A DNA stretch of 64,000 nucleotides from contig OZ365109.1 of NCBI GenBank assembly GCA_977030845.1, positions 54,498,001 to 54,562,000 of the forward strand. The letters are read 5' to 3'. A program made the position numbers and the translations under genes. The DNA is from Fimbriosthenelais zetlandica (lineage: Eukaryota). The notes under the pieces were generated by a model. The model was not told the origin of the DNA. It did not search any database and worked only from the letters and a program-made list of their open reading frames with translations. Shown one piece after another: positions 36,801 through 51,100 of this stretch (the first letter of the stretch is position 1; every line of letters begins with the position of its first letter).

Positions 36801-38351
36801 TCTTTAATTTATGCATATAATTATAATTATTTATTTTCTACTTTATATATAAAGTAATACAAACAATTAGTTAATGTATATTTATGGAATTAGACAGAAA
36901 AAATATTGATTGTACCTGGTTTTGCATATTAATTTTTCTCAAGCAATTACTTTACTATAATAGCTTATATCTAGCTGAGCTCATTTTGTTTCTAGCATTA
37001 CCATTATAACATTCTTGATTAAGTTGGCATTTCCATGTCCATTAATTTCACTTTTGTTTTCTTATTTAAAATGCCTAATATACTACATTCATTTCAGTGG
37101 CACTCACACATCTCGAGGATCCGGATAATGCCAAACAGGCGTATGAACAAGCTGCTACCTTAGAATCGTAAGTTTTGTCTGTTAATCTTTGGCTACGTCA
37201 GTGAGCTTGGATGCGCTCAAAATATAAGGACATGTATTTACAGAACATGTAAAAGATAATTTTGAATATATATTTCTGGGCGAGAATTTCCTCTTCCATT
37301 TCACAAAAAAATATGCTTATATATACGCATTTTGTTTGTATGGTCGTAAACATCTCTGGTGTATTTTATATTTGATCTTTTTCAGCCGTGATCCACTAGT
37401 GAGCCTGAATTATGCCATATTCCTGTACAACGCAGGAGAGAGGAAAGCAGCGGCGAAGCAATTTAACCATTTTGAACAGAAGTTCCAAACACAAAAACTC
37501 GCTAATCCTAACGATATTGATCAAGAGGTAGGCCTTTAAATAAAGGGGTTTCTCCTTTATGATTCAACATTTCCACAATTTTTGTTTAGTAAAAACGAAA
37601 ATTCCGTTGACAGCATTGAGCTTTTTTTCATAAACCATGAAGAGAAAAACTAGAAACTTATAGATTCTGTACTATCTTACATGTACTTAGGCGAACATAA
37701 TTAAACAAATCGACCAGTAATCTAAGAAAATGCAATTTAATTTATGGAAATATTGTTGTCTTTACAGATAGTAGATATGGCTGCGAAGTTGGGTCCTGCC
37801 CTCCAGGTCGGGGAGAGTTTGGTATGGAAGGATCAGCAACCTCCAAAACACACTCAACATCAAGACATGCCTCAGAAACCTTCAGCGCAAAGGTATGATT
37901 CATCGATCATTCATCTAAATTGCAATTTCTTAGTATTAAAATTTAAGAATTGTCTTTCCTTCTACACTCCCCTGGAGTTTTTGTAATGCCACTGTTTTTG
38001 TAGAAACCTCCTGTCAATTTAAATTTAAATTTAAGTGCGTGTAGTCGGGTGGGGGATTAGAAATTAAAAAACATTTCTAGTGACTCCCGTCCAGGGAATT
38101 CATATATAAGGTTCCAATTTTCAGCTAGGTTCTCTTCCTCACGCATTAAGCTAAGTTTTGCAACTATAGTAGGCGTAGGCTGTAATGTATATACTATATA
38201 CCTAACATTGGACTTTTTCTGTAACAGGGGAGGGCCAGTTCTTGCTGGAGCCAAACCATCTGGATTTAATGATGACCGTAAGAATGGCGCCCTACCATCA
38301 TCTCAAACAGGCGGAAAAGTATCGGAAAGTGCAGCTCAACCCTCATCTTAG
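33812..38351 (+). CDS. BBS4: Bardet-Biedl syndrome 4 protein (BBSome TPR subunit)
   Basis: Spliced exons encode [105 protein letters not shown] and [17 protein letters not shown], closely matching BBS4. First exon is 33812-33829; stop is 38349-38351. Confidence 0.97.
34026..34051 (+). pseudogene. 3' fragment of a tRNA-Pro-like sequence in BBS4 intron 1
   Basis: GTGCGAGAGGTCCCGGGTTCAATTCC matches the 3' anticodon stem, variable loop and T arm of eukaryotic tRNA-Pro. The 5' half is absent. Confidence 0.5.
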
Positions 38352-39032
38352 ATTATGATATATATACCTTCTACATAATTATATAGACCTAGATGTATGA
38401 TTAGTTTTGCTTTGTCAGGAATTTGAACCCGTCCATGTGCTTGTGATAATGATAAACTATTAAAAATTGAATTTGAAGATTTGAAAATGAAGGTTTCATT
38501 TACTGGGGATTCAGATATGAATTAATTATTAATGATTAGGGCATAGAGCTGTTCTCCCAGAGAGGAACAATTCTGTGATTAGGGCTTACAGTTTGTCAGT
38601 GGGGTGAGTGCGCTGGGCGGGATTTGCAACCTCTGTATGCTTACGCCACCACCGGAAAACTGGAAAACTAATGGCCAAAAGGTTTTTTTTATGAATATAG
38701 TTCTTTGATACTTTCTCCGGGATTGAAGCAGTATTGGTAGAAACATGAAAATAAATCACGAAGATAGTTTTAACGGGTTGAAAAGTTTAACGGCTTTGAG
38801 CAAAATTCTCTGAAGTTACCATGAAGTCCATACCCTCTTGCCGAATTTCCACGAAGTACACAACTACTTCCGGGTGATAATAAGGGTTATCTTCACTTCC
38901 CGAAGCTTGTGGCTTGCACGGTGGAAATACATTTTAATATTTTGTTCATTTCTCTGATGTTAGCCATGGAGATGCTTTCCTGACACATTCGGATGGACCT
39001 GTTAGTAAGTAGAGGTCCCTTTTGACCTGAAA

Positions 39033-42000
39033 ATGGCGTCCCCATTGTCAACAGGACCTATTTTCCAACGATCTTTGGTTCCTGGAACAGGTGGAAAATG
39101 TTGGCGGGCCGAGCGGCTCTTGGGCACCGGGACGTGTTGTACGGTCTGGCGGGCTGAGCTCCACGACAGGCCTGACATACAGGTAGGCCTATGTTTACCA
39201 CATCACTTTGTTATAATGAACTGTCACGGGTGATTTGTGCCATTGGCATTGACAATTCCTTTATAATAGACCTATTAATAAACCTAAAAACACCAAAATG
39301 TGTGCACCTCCACTGGACCACTCCAGTCCAAAGGCTAAGTTATGCTTAATTATTAATGTCTTCTGTCATGGTGTGACCCTTGGGGAAAGTTGGGCTTGGC
39401 CTTCAATACCTTGACTTATCCCTGAATTTTGCCACCTTCCATCATTCTTTATTAACAGGCAGCACTAAAGATCTATAAGTCGGGGAATGCCTACACTGCT
39501 GCTTGTGAACGCGAAATTATGCTGCTGGATATCGTCAAGAATGTCCAAGGAAAATCTAACTTTCTCGGTAATATATATGGTATAATTATTAATTGATTTA
39601 GTGTAAAATAGATCCAGTGTCTTCAACTGCAGTCATGGAAGTCGTGTATGTGACTGTAATTCAAATTTGTGACCCACGATTTAGGAATGACTGAATGTAA
39701 TCAAAGTACTCCACATCCCAGAGAATTTGCTAAAACCTCTTAAACCCGAAGTGATACTATTAGACCTAACAGAGCTTTGAACCTTTTGTGAAAGTAATTA
39801 CAATGATTACCCGGTACCCCGGTACTTTTTTGAATCATTCTCCATTATAGTTTATTATACAATAATAGCCTACTATGATTAGTCTTAATAGAATGCCGGT
39901 AAGTGTCTTTTTTGTTTATTAATCTGAAATATATCTGTCCTTCATTCCTAGTGGAAGTGTTAGACAGTTTTCAGTATAAAGGACACGCATGTGTGGTTGA
40001 AACTTTACTTGAGGCCAGCTTGAGGCACATCATCACTAAAAATCTTCAGCAACCACTCTCTATTGCCCTAATCAAAGTTCTGCTCAAACAACTGCTCAGG
40101 TTGGTATAAATTTGTTCTTTTCCATTATTAGATCGGTACCGGTAATCGATTTGTTTTAAATAAGGACTTTATAATTTGTTTGATTATACATGTAGTACGG
40201 TAGGCCCGGTACCTTACAAAATAGTCAAGCTGAATTTCGTGATCCAAAGCAATTAACATTTTATTAAAAATCCCGTTCCCATTCTGTAGTGGTCTGTCAA
40301 TTCTACACCATTGCGGATTCGTTCACGGAGACTTAAAGCCGTCGAACTTACTGTGGAATCCTCAGGAGGGCAAATTAACGATCATAGATTTCGGTCTCAG
40401 CTTCCATATCAAGGACAAGGTAATGTCACGAGTTGCCATGAATAGGATTAGTGATAGGCCAAATTATCATAACTTCTCTGTGTGGAAATAATGTTTTATC
40501 AATATCATTCATGACCATTATAATATAATTTCTGTACATTTAACAGTTAAAATTATAATATAGGAATAATATTGTTGAAGTTATAAAAAGCTAAACTAAA
40601 CGTGAATAAAATCCATGTCACTGTCCCTCTTGGAAGAGAAATAATCAGAATCTTTAGATAATCTTCCTGAATTGCATATAAAATATGTAGAGTGCTATAA
40701 TATCTCATACAAACAAAATAAACAATGACCGAGCCGTGAGAATTTGAACAAAATTTGCTTCAGCTTGAACTGTACATTATTGCATTGTTTTATTTCCAGA
40801 AAATTGGGCAGGTGCAGACGCCCAATTACCGAGCCCCAGAATGCCATATCTGGAACTCCTACAAACGAGAGCGCCATGCCCCGCAATCAAACCCACCGGG
40901 AGAAACAACTACCGGGAGCCTTACAAATCAGACCTCGATCCAGCCACTACCTCAACAAGCCTTCCCTAGCAGTCCAGGCTCGGCTTTCATAACCCCAACA
41001 GCGGAGTATGTCCCCATCTTAACTCAAACTCCCCTTCCTTCTCACGTTTTTGGGAATGGGAACTTGATACATCCAACCGAAGCCATTCCTCTAAGTGGGG
41101 TACCTGTTGTTGGTTACCAGGAAAGATTGAATACTATGGTTGAAAAGCCCTTGTATTCTCTCGTCTCTAAGTCCACCCCGTCACATGTAGAGAGACCTGG
41201 GCTGCCAGCTGATGTCTGGAGTGTGGGTGTAGTCATTATGGATATGGCCATCGGTGGGAGATTTGTCCCCAGTAAGCACCAAGTCCCTACTCCTGAGATT
41301 CGAGACAGGGTAAGAGATATACTCTTGCAACGAAGAGATGAATGCCAGGATACACTTGAAAGGAAAGAATGGATGTTACTTCTTGACCTGTGCCAAAGGT
41401 ATAACCCAGTTCCCAACTATTTTCTGTTTGGTAGGGGGAAAAATGATTTATCTTGATGGAAACGTCATAGTAACTTTAAGGTTTTGCAACATCGATGATG
41501 ATCGCTCTGTTCAATTTCCCAAACTATGAATAATAGCCAAGTTATGATATGTATTAAACTGTGCCTTCTGTTTCCTAGGATTTTCTTTGATGAGCCTGAA
41601 TACCGTTTGACTACTGAGCAAATGAGTCAACATGAATTTTTCGATATTAGCTTGAGTGAGAATTCTTTACCTTTCCTTGTGACTTTGCCTTTACGCTGGA
41701 AGCTTTGTTTGTGATTGGTATACTAGACTGGACGTGACTGGTGATGTTTTCATGGTATTTCATTTCTGGTTCCATTTCCTTGTTTAGATTTGAGTCATCG
41801 TGACCTCTGGTTGCTACCTACACCTGTGCTGAGATTAGGAAATGTATTTCAGGACAAACCTTATGCTCCAGTGGAGGAACAGGGTATGTAAAAATGGACC
41901 CATAACTTTTCTTATTATAAGGTATCTAAGGTGGCCTTGAAATAATAAAAATAATTATCTAAATCCATATTGATGGCAATGTTAACCGCAGGTATCGTAA

Positions 42001-42423
42001 AGATATATTTCTCATCTTACTTCATTTCACATTGCAGAGATTTTAGACGATGTGCTTGAAGAATGCTTAAGGCATGGACCAATCGAGTCCATCACACTGG
42101 CCAAAGACACACAGAGAAAGGTAATTTGTCGTTACATAGATCGCTAAGTTTTTCTCTGGTGTTGGGTTCCATACTTCTCTTGTATAATATTGAAATTGGG
42201 CGCATTCTCTTTGATAATCTCTCCTGCTGGAGAGCTATAATAATAAGTCTGAAAATTTATTTTGCTACTGATACATTTCTATTTTTAGATTTTCGTAGAG
42301 TATAGGTCGTGGAGATCGGCTGTAGCTTCTTGGGAAGCTGCGTTCAAAATAACTTTTGACGGCCGGAAACTTCAGGCCACTTTCTTCCTAAATGACGATT
42401 TCTACAAAGGAAATCACTATTAG
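39033..42423 (+). CDS. UHMK1: Serine/threonine kinase KIS (kinase + U2AF homology motif), ~508 aa
   Basis: Exons 39033-39182, 39459-39567, 39952-40099, 40290-40419, 40800-41398, 41579-41655, 41788-41883, 42038-42120 and 42289-42423 are in frame. Kinase motifs: ALK, HGDLKPSNLLW, IDFGLSF, QTPNYRAPE and DVWSVG. UHM motifs: DLWLLPTPVLRLGNV, EECLRHGPIES, IFVEY and FDGRKLQATF. Confidence 0.92.
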
Positions 42424-43864
42424 CGTTCGCCATGCAGGAACTGTTAAAGTTTGACGAGCACGCAGAGTTAAAATTTATATTTTTGTTGAAAGCTAGTTGT
42501 ATTTTTTCGTTTGTTGCTTCCAAAAGGTAGATCTGGTTATCGTAATTGAAGCTTTTGAGTAGGAAAGTTTTTTTTACTTTCAAAAACTTATATAGATACC
42601 AGATATTACCCAATGTACCGGTATTAAGAACATGATGAGCCGAAATGAGCCAGAATTATTGTTTTGGGTTACCGTTAATTTTGTTTGTTGCATTTTCTCA
42701 ATAAGGCTCACTGCTAATTGGTCTGTTTCAAGAATTCTTTTGTCTGCCTGACTTGCCTCCTGCTATATAGCTGATTGATAGAACGTAAACTTTAAGGATT
42801 TACAAACCAGTCATATTTTTAATACTTGTAGTTAAAAATACAGTGTGAAACACATCTACCAAATTAAGGCCTTGGATAATTTTGGGTGGTGATATTAAGT
42901 CAATTAATATATAGTTCTAATGTACGTGTCAAAGATGCTTGTTGAAAAATAGGGTCTTCGAAAATTCCAGGATTACTAACTTGCATTTCTGAATTATAAG
43001 AAAGCGGTAGCATATGTTGAACCTTGACAAACTGTATTTATGGTAAATGTGCTTATAAATATTGTATTCCCTGCAGTCATCTGTGATTCACGAAAATGCC
43101 CGGCTTTGATAGATTGCCTCAAACAATGTAAAGTACACGCTAACATTTTGGGGTAAATATTGACCCGATTAGACAGTCTTGATGCTTGGAAATAATTGTT
43201 GTCATCAGACTGTTGCAGGCATGGGCTCCTACTAAAAGTGGAAGAACCAGAACAATGCATTCCGAGTATTTAATCTCAGCCACAGCCCCATACATGTAGA
43301 TATAAACAAGCTTTCATTTCTTGAGTATTTTTCTATTGAAAATAAGACTACCAATATGTTATTTGTATTCAATTTATTGGAGAACTTATCCCTTTGTTAT
43401 TTTCAAAAGGTCATTGTAATATTACTGAAACGAAAAGTTCTTTATGAAAATTAAAACACTAGTAAGCCTACCGTTACTTGAAAAATAGTAGTAGGCCTAC
43501 CTTATCTTTGCTTACCGGTATAGATCTATGATCTTATAACGCATAAAAGTTGTCATTGACGGTTGACTTTTTGCACCTTGTTCCCGCCTTTTTTCCCAAT
43601 GTGTATGTTCAATATCAATAAAATAATAAATAAAAGGGAATGGTGTGAAATTATCTTTTAATGTTTTATTGAACTATATTATGTGTATAGATAGGCCGAA
43701 AACTGCAGAAATGCTATCGCTTCTGAGTCTGGGAAACAGATCTGCCACCTGGTGGTTTCCCGCTGAAGTAAAGCAAAGACATAAAGTCGCGACGATGCAC
43801 CGCCTAGTGAGGCTAGGGCGAACCGTGCAGGGGAATTCTAAGCCTCGTTTTGGATTCACCTATT

Positions 43865-43870
43865 TATAAA
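43865..43870 (+). promoter_or_regulatory. Candidate TATA box upstream of GTF2B
   Basis: TATAAA lies ~38 nt upstream of the ATG at 43908. Confidence 0.4.
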
Positions 43871-43907
43871 CGGGAGGGTCTTTCCCAATCTCATTTCAAC
43901 TTGCACA

Positions 43908-46900
43908 ATGGCGGCCAGAAGGTAGGTTGTATATTTGCTTCTGAATTATTTCTCGAAGAAAAAGGTTCACATCGCTCTATGAGTTACCAAATTGCTGATT
44001 GTGTTTATTTACCGATCAGTCATCCCTAGAAATACCAAATTATGTTGTGGCTCAGCCTCAGTGCGGGGCTGAGAGCTGAGTCAATGAGACTATGTCTATG
44101 ACTATAAGTATAATGAGTGTAGCCTGCTGCAGTGTAGAACTAGAAGTGTAGGCTGTACTACTGAGTACTGTAGAGTGTGTAGTGTGGACTTGTGAGTTTG
44201 TGTATTGATTAATTATCATTATGTGACTCCTCTGTGACTGTATGGTAAGTTTAAGAAGATATGATTGCCTATGCTGTTGTCTCTTGAAATACACTGCAGT
44301 CCCTTTCCGGATCCGATATAGTCAACGATAGTCCGATATTACTCGGCAACCTGAGTTAATGAGTAGGCTGTATTTTAATCAACTAAAAATATTTTCTTTT
44401 TGTTTATCAGAGGAGCAGGTGTTTCATGTCCATCTCACCCCGATACACCTTTGGTGGAGGACTACCACGCTGGTGACATGGTCTGTCCTGAGTGTGGCCT
44501 TGTAGTTGGTGACAGGTGCGTGTAAAATAATACAGTACATCGGGTATCAATGTCTACCTAGTTAGAACTGAGTAGAAAAGTACTGTCATAAAGAAAAGTA
44601 CTCACTGCAGTATTTTAGTGAAAAAAAATAAAATATTCACAATCTCAAATTTATTGAAAATTCATTAATTAATTAGCCTCATTTCGTAAACATATATCTA
44701 GACTAATAAACTAAAAACAGAGACCTAGGTGGAAAAAATGTAAATTTATATGTGACATTTTGCTGCTATGTTCTAGTTTTACAGTAGGCCGAGACCTACA
44801 TATCCTTGTCACAGGTGGTTTTTATGTTGTGGAAACTGACGTATCGGATTTCATTTCAGAGTTATAGACGTGGGGTCGGAATGGAGAACCTTTAGTAATG
44901 ATAAAAATGCCAAGGACATGTCTCGTGTTGGATCATCAGAGGTAGGTCTTTGAAAATATTTTATTTCTTTATTTCACACTCAGTTTATTCTACAGGGTCC
45001 ACGTTATGACGGAAAAAATAATTAATCTCCCCATCTTTTCAGAATCCATTGTTGGAAGGAAGTGATCTGTCTACAGTGATAGGGGCTGCTACAGGTTCCG
45101 CCAGCTTTGATGATAGTGGAAAACCTATGTACAGGAACCGGCGACAGGTAAATGAAATTACTGGGTTTTTTTTTTAATAATTATGGTTTCAAAACCTTGA
45201 ATGAATGCAGTTCCTAAAATGTTATTCATGCATTTCATACACTTTCTATGTAGCCTATCGATTTTCACCACTTTTCCTATAAATGTATGTCATAATTGAA
45301 AATTAAACGTAATGTAGATTAATTCTTGGAATAATTATAAACAAACAAGTTTAAAAGTTGGGAACAATTTACTAGCAATCATTAATTGTTTTCTTCTCTT
45401 CTAAAGATGAACAGTTCCGACCGATCCTTACTCACTGCATTCCGCGAGATCGCCCAGATGGCTGATCGTCTAAATCTACCGAGAATGATTGTCGTAAGTT
45501 TAAAAAGATTTTATTATGCTTTTGAATATTATATGCAGGTGGGTTGGATTTAAATGGGAGTGGCCCCGAGTTGAATTCTCGTATATCCTCCGAATTTATC
45601 AAAGCCATTCCCCATAAAATGTTAAATTTTTCTGGTGAGATGCATGAGCACTGCTAGGCAAGAAGAGCAGGACATAAGACCCCACAGCTCAATACCAATA
45701 GACAAATATTTATATTTTTATTTCTCTTTATTTTCTATAGGACCGAGCAAATACGTTATTCAAACAAGTACACGAAGGTAAAAATCTGAAGGGACGAAGT
45801 AATGATGCCATTGCTTCAGCGTGTCTCTACATCGCCTGCAGACAAGAAGGTGTTCCTCGAACGCTAAAAGGTTAGTTTTATTGACAATTCTGATTTCAGA
45901 TTGGGTATGAAGTTATTAACATTTATATAAATTCCAGTAAGGTGGAAGTAAGTGTAAGCGTATGTAACTTTGGATTTTATTGCATCCAACCCCTCAATTT
46001 ACTTATAAAAAACTGAAAATGAGGAAAGGTTATGCCGAAGGGAACTTAACTAAGAAATGTGTATCCTTTTCTTCATGATAGAGATCTGTGCTGTGTCCAA
46101 AGTATCTAAGAAGGAGATAGGTCGTGTTTTCAAACTGATTCTGAAGACACTGGAAACGAGCGTGGAACTGATCACGACAGGCGACTTCATGGTGAGTGGT
46201 AGAAAATAATCACTTATGAAATAGTTGATAAAACACAAATGTATGTCATTAAATCGGAAATGCGAAAGTATATTAAGGTGGATCGGTTAGAATGAATTAG
46301 ATTTGGTTGAATGTTAGGTTAACTCATTCTTTATATTTTTTGTGAATATTGCATGCACTATTTTATCTCTATTTTCCAGTCCCGTTTCTGTTCTAACCTG
46401 GGCTTGCCGAACTCAGTACAGAAGGCTGCTACACATATAGCTCGGAAGGCGGTGGAGATGGATCTAGTCGCAGGGTAAAATTCACTTAGAAAATTATTTA
46501 TAAAAAAAAAAATGAATTTAAAAATATTAGAATATTATGTAGGTTGATAGTAGGCCTAAGTAATATTGTTCTATTATTCACTTTTTAAACCCTACTATTT
46601 TTCAGACGAAGCCCGGTATCTGTGGCTGCAGCTGCAATCTACATGGCATCACAAGCTTCAGAGGACAAAAAATCACAAAAAGGTGATTATTATGTTCTCT
46701 ATAGTTAATTTTAATCAGATATATAGTTTTGCAACGTAAGGAGAATAGATATTCCAGTTATAGAAAGTAACTCTTTTCCTCAATCCCAGAATATAATGGT
46801 GATTTTCTTCTATTAATTCTATTTCATAAATCAAATTTATACATGTATATAGGGGAAAAAATTCAGAGATAAACTAAATACCGTATCTAATTTCCTATGT

Positions 46901-47127
46901 ATTTTTTCCCACCTGGTTACAAACTTTGGGGGAATGAGCCACGCATAACCACCGAATTTCCCATATGAACTAATGACTTTATTGTCCTTGTAGATATTGG
47001 AGATATTGCAGGCGTGGCAGAAGTCACCATCCGACAGTCGTATAAATTGATGTACCCCAAAGCTCATGCGTTATTCCCGGAAGATTTCAAATTCTTTACA
47101 TCCATTGAACATTTACCCACGCAATAA
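43908..47127 (+). CDS. GTF2B: General transcription factor IIB (~312 aa)
   Basis: Ten exons (43908-43921, 44411-44515, 44860-44941, 45043-45147, 45407-45493, 45741-45870, 46082-46191, 46380-46474, 46606-46682, 46994-47127; 939 nt). Zinc ribbon [19 protein letters not shown]-reader [14 protein letters not shown], and cyclin folds [18 protein letters not shown] and [19 protein letters not shown]. Confidence 0.98.
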
Positions 47128-47981
47128 TAATTGACATTAAGATCAACGATATTATGATAATTTTTGAGGGACAGTTGAACCCAGTTTCATACCTCTTGAT
47201 GTGGAAATTATTGAATACCCGTACTTTTTCTTTTAATATTAAATATCTGTTTACGTAAAATTTACCTCCTAATAATTATGTGGATAGAAGTTGTCCAAGT
47301 TGTGTATACTCCAGCTAGGGTTCCCACAGTCATTGGAATGGTGAAATAATGAATAAACTTAAAAGGCGGCTCCCCAAGTTAATAGTTGCCAGGCATTGAC
47401 TCACATCGTGCATTCTTTTTTCTACATTTGTTTAAATCACTTATGCCGAGGCCTGCGTTTTCCGTTTTAAAATTGTGCTTAGATACCGGTACATGTATTA
47501 GTAATAGGACTACTGCAATGATATTAGGCTTAATTATTTCAGTATAATTATATACATTATTCATTAATTATATTTCCATGTGTTAAACCCTATTACTTAG
47601 CTACCCAATTGTATAATTTCATGACCATGTGCATTATAAAAAGGCGAGATATTGCTTATCGCATAATTTTGTTCAATGTTGGGGAAGTAGACATAATGGT
47701 TAAGTAACAAGTTGAATATTATATAACAGCAGAGCTCTAGCAGACGATATATGTTTTTTGACCAAATAAAAATAAGATTAAATGCTATTTCTGCTCCTTT
47801 CTTCATGATATCATATACCGGGTACCGGTATATATTTTAAGACTCTAGAGTCGACTGTCACGCTTCACTGAAAAGGCCTTTAGCATTGGGCCTCGTTTTG
47901 AGCGACATGATGTAAGATGCAGATAGCAAGGAAGGAGAGGTGGAGGGCGGGGCGTGATTAGTCTTGAGTCTAATCTGATGA

Positions 47982-48185
47982 AACACCTCTAGGATGTGTT
48001 GCTCAGAGGTACAGGTTTAAAGGCAACGCCTCCAAAATGTGTCGCTCAGATGTAGGAGAAAAAAGGCAACACCTCTAGAATGTGTCGCTCAGAGGTACAG
48101 GTTTAAAGGCAACGCCTCCAAAATGTGTCGCTCAGATCTAGGTGAAGAAAGGCAACACCTCTAGAACGTGTCGCTTAGATGTATA
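47982..48185. repeat. 43-bp tandem repeat, five units alternating between two variants
   Basis: Units start at 47982, 48025, 48068, 48111 and 48154, alternating AACACCTCTAG.. and AACGCCTCCAA.., with a shared ATGTGTCGCTCAGA core. Confidence 0.9.
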
Positions 48186-51100
48186 GGTATTAAGAAAAAC
48201 ACCTAAACAATGTGTAGCTTAGATTTTCTGAAATAGATATTTTTTTATTAGGCCTATAAATGTATTTGAAATGTCTGTGTGTGTGTATTCGTGTGTATGT
48301 AACTTGTGTGTATTTATCGCCTATGTGTAACCTGTGTGTATTCATTGTGTATGTGTATTCATCTTGTGAGTGTGTATTCACTTATGCATATAGGCCTAAG
48401 CCTACGGTATCCCCATACGGTATCCCCATACATAGATACATTATAGATACATAGGATGTGATGAATAATAGAATAGATCTAATTCAATTTATCAAATTAG
48501 AATCCGGCGTTTTCTACTTTAATAATTATTAAATAATTTGATTTTATTACTATTGACGTACATTATCATTTCTTAAAAGAATGGTTTAAAATTACTAATT
48601 TGATAAGTTTAGGCCTAATGATAAGTTTTACGACTGTTGAGGGTCTGAGCAGTGTAATAGGCCTATAGCCAGAACAGGAGTCCATGACTTTGAGATTGCT
48701 TTGAGCTCGTTTCTGACGTTGTGACTTCGTACCAAATCAGTGTCCAGAAAACATGTGGTTTCATATCATTCAGACATGTTAGGTGTCATTGTGGTTTCTT
48801 AACCCCCCTTGCCACTCAACCAATGATTAGGAATTATTTTTTATCTGTTTCTATAAAATGTTTTATCTGGAAATGAATACTAACCTACATAGTTCTGGGA
48901 CTGATTTTGTCAATGTTTTGACTTTTGACCAGTTCTGACCATTGTGGGTGGTAAATACCTAGGCCTATGCCCACCCAACATATTTTTTAGCATCTAGGCC
49001 TTATAAGAAACAGCTATAAATAGTTGGTATTAGATTAATATTGGGAAATATTTCCCAATGCATCACATAAATTGTGGAGCTATTGGCGTGCCAAAGTAAA
49101 ACAGTAATATTTATCGGTAACGTAAAAATACCTCACACTCACTGTTATGTACAGGAGAAACCGCAACCTCACCACAGAACACCAAATCACCCACACCAGA
49201 ACCACCCCCACCCCCCAGCACCACACACAGCTTCCCACAAATCTAACCTCCGTCCAACCCTTATCATTATAAATAATCTTTTGTCTGTTCGATATAAATT
49301 GTTGATTTTTTCAGTAGCACTAGACAAATTATAGCCTTTCTTCTCTTCTTTGATATTAATTATTATTAACTAGTAGCGTTAGACACAGCCCAGAGCTGGG
49401 GCACCATGAACATCCCGGGGCACCATAAACATTTGCCATTTTTACAGTACCGGTAACTTTTATAGATATAGCAATCAGAATTTTACATGACTTACATAAT
49501 ACCCAGACCTATCATCATGCAAAATTAGGACAGAATATGTTCAATAGACTGACAGAAAATTGCAAATGAATTTTTTGTGACCGTGGTGCCCTGATCTCCC
49601 CTACATGCATCAGCGGATGTTCCGTGAACCTATATTTCTTTTTATATCTCTTTTTGGTAGTTGTGTAGCTTCTTACTTTCTTTCTTCTATAATAATGCTG
49701 TATAAACATCTTGAATAAAAAAAAACAAGAACGTACTTATAGGTAACTGACCTAGGCCTATAGGTAGGCCTATTGTCTTAACTCCTTTAGATTTTTGTCT
49801 TTGTTAAAAAATCCGCGATGTCGGATTAACTTTAAAAAATCCGCGATGTCAGCAATTTTATGGGGTCTTTTTTATGGGAGTCGGTCGGGAAACCTCAAAC
49901 AAATGTATTAAATAATTCTGGCGAGTGTGCTCATTTGATTTATTCCTATACTTTTCACCACGGACGCTTCAACTTTTATTGCGGATGCTTTAACTTTTAT
50001 AGCGAACGCTTTGACATGTGTCCGGACACATTAGCAGTCGGACACTTTACCAATCGGATGCTTTGACCAACCCCCATCTGATGTGGTTGAGATGGTCGGC
50101 GTGGAGGACAATGAACGATATTTGTCAAATACGACAATTTGTATTAACATTGACCAAACAGACATGACCATGCCACCCTCTTCTTCTATTCCCGTAATTT
50201 TGGGAACTCAAAACATCCTTGCGGCTAAGTAGTTCCACTTTTTACGAAAGTTAAAGTCTCGAAATGCTCATTTAGTCCGCCATCTTGAATGTTTTGCCCT
50301 TTTTACGGTTAAACTTCCGGTATGTGTAGCAGTGAACGGTGCGCGTAGGTACTCCAAACAAACTGGTTGCCATCCTGTGGCATCCAGAAGGAACTGAGCT
50401 GAGAAATCTTAAATATGTAAGTTAATCCCATTTACAAATTATCTATAAATCTAGATGACTTTTCCGATCACGCGACTTTGTTTACTGTTGTACCGGTACC
50501 TTCACCCTGCTACGTCTGGTAACTGGTTGCTGGTAGGCTGTGTGTCGCCGTCGGGGTGTCCGGGAAGGGAAGGGAAGGGAAGGCCGCCGAGTCCGAGAGT
50601 ATCCGCTGAGACTGAGTGAGGGGCTATATATATGCCATGTACTGTGGCTCCGGATCTACTACCGTACACATCTATGGACAGACTGTAGGTGATATCGAGT
50701 GTATAGTGACGACTGATGACAGTGACGTACCGGGGTACCGGTAGCTAAATTTAATACGGTAGGCCCTACTACCGTAGGCTACTATTTAATTTAGCGTAGG
50801 CCTAAATTATAGGAATAGGCCTACCGGTAGTACCATAGACATAGAAATGGTAGTACCTACCGTACACGTGTACGGTGTACCGGTAGTATGAGTCTGTAAC
50901 GTTAGTCTTTAGTTCAGAAATTTATCACGTTTTAAATTTGGATCACGTCTTTAAGCCGAATCGCGGACCGTGTAGGCTAAGTGTTACGGGAATAGAAATC
51001 ATTGGTTCAAGTGCCCGCAGTATATTGCCTGGCTATTATTTAATGAAATAATGGAACCCATGTATATAACTATATAGGTCTCTCGTATTCCTGAAACGGG

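Noticed and set aside
49478-49520. Minus-strand box C (ATGATGA) ... box D (CTGA) with a short terminal stem
   Set aside because: Only ~50 nt, too short for a typical C/D snoRNA, with no recognisable guide or confirmed host intron.
50278-50290. YY1-type CAAGATGGCGG on the minus strand, suggesting a divergent gene
   Set aside because: The ATG is followed by a stop after three codons and no coding exons were found between 47.2 and 50.3 kb. Treated as a promoter motif only.
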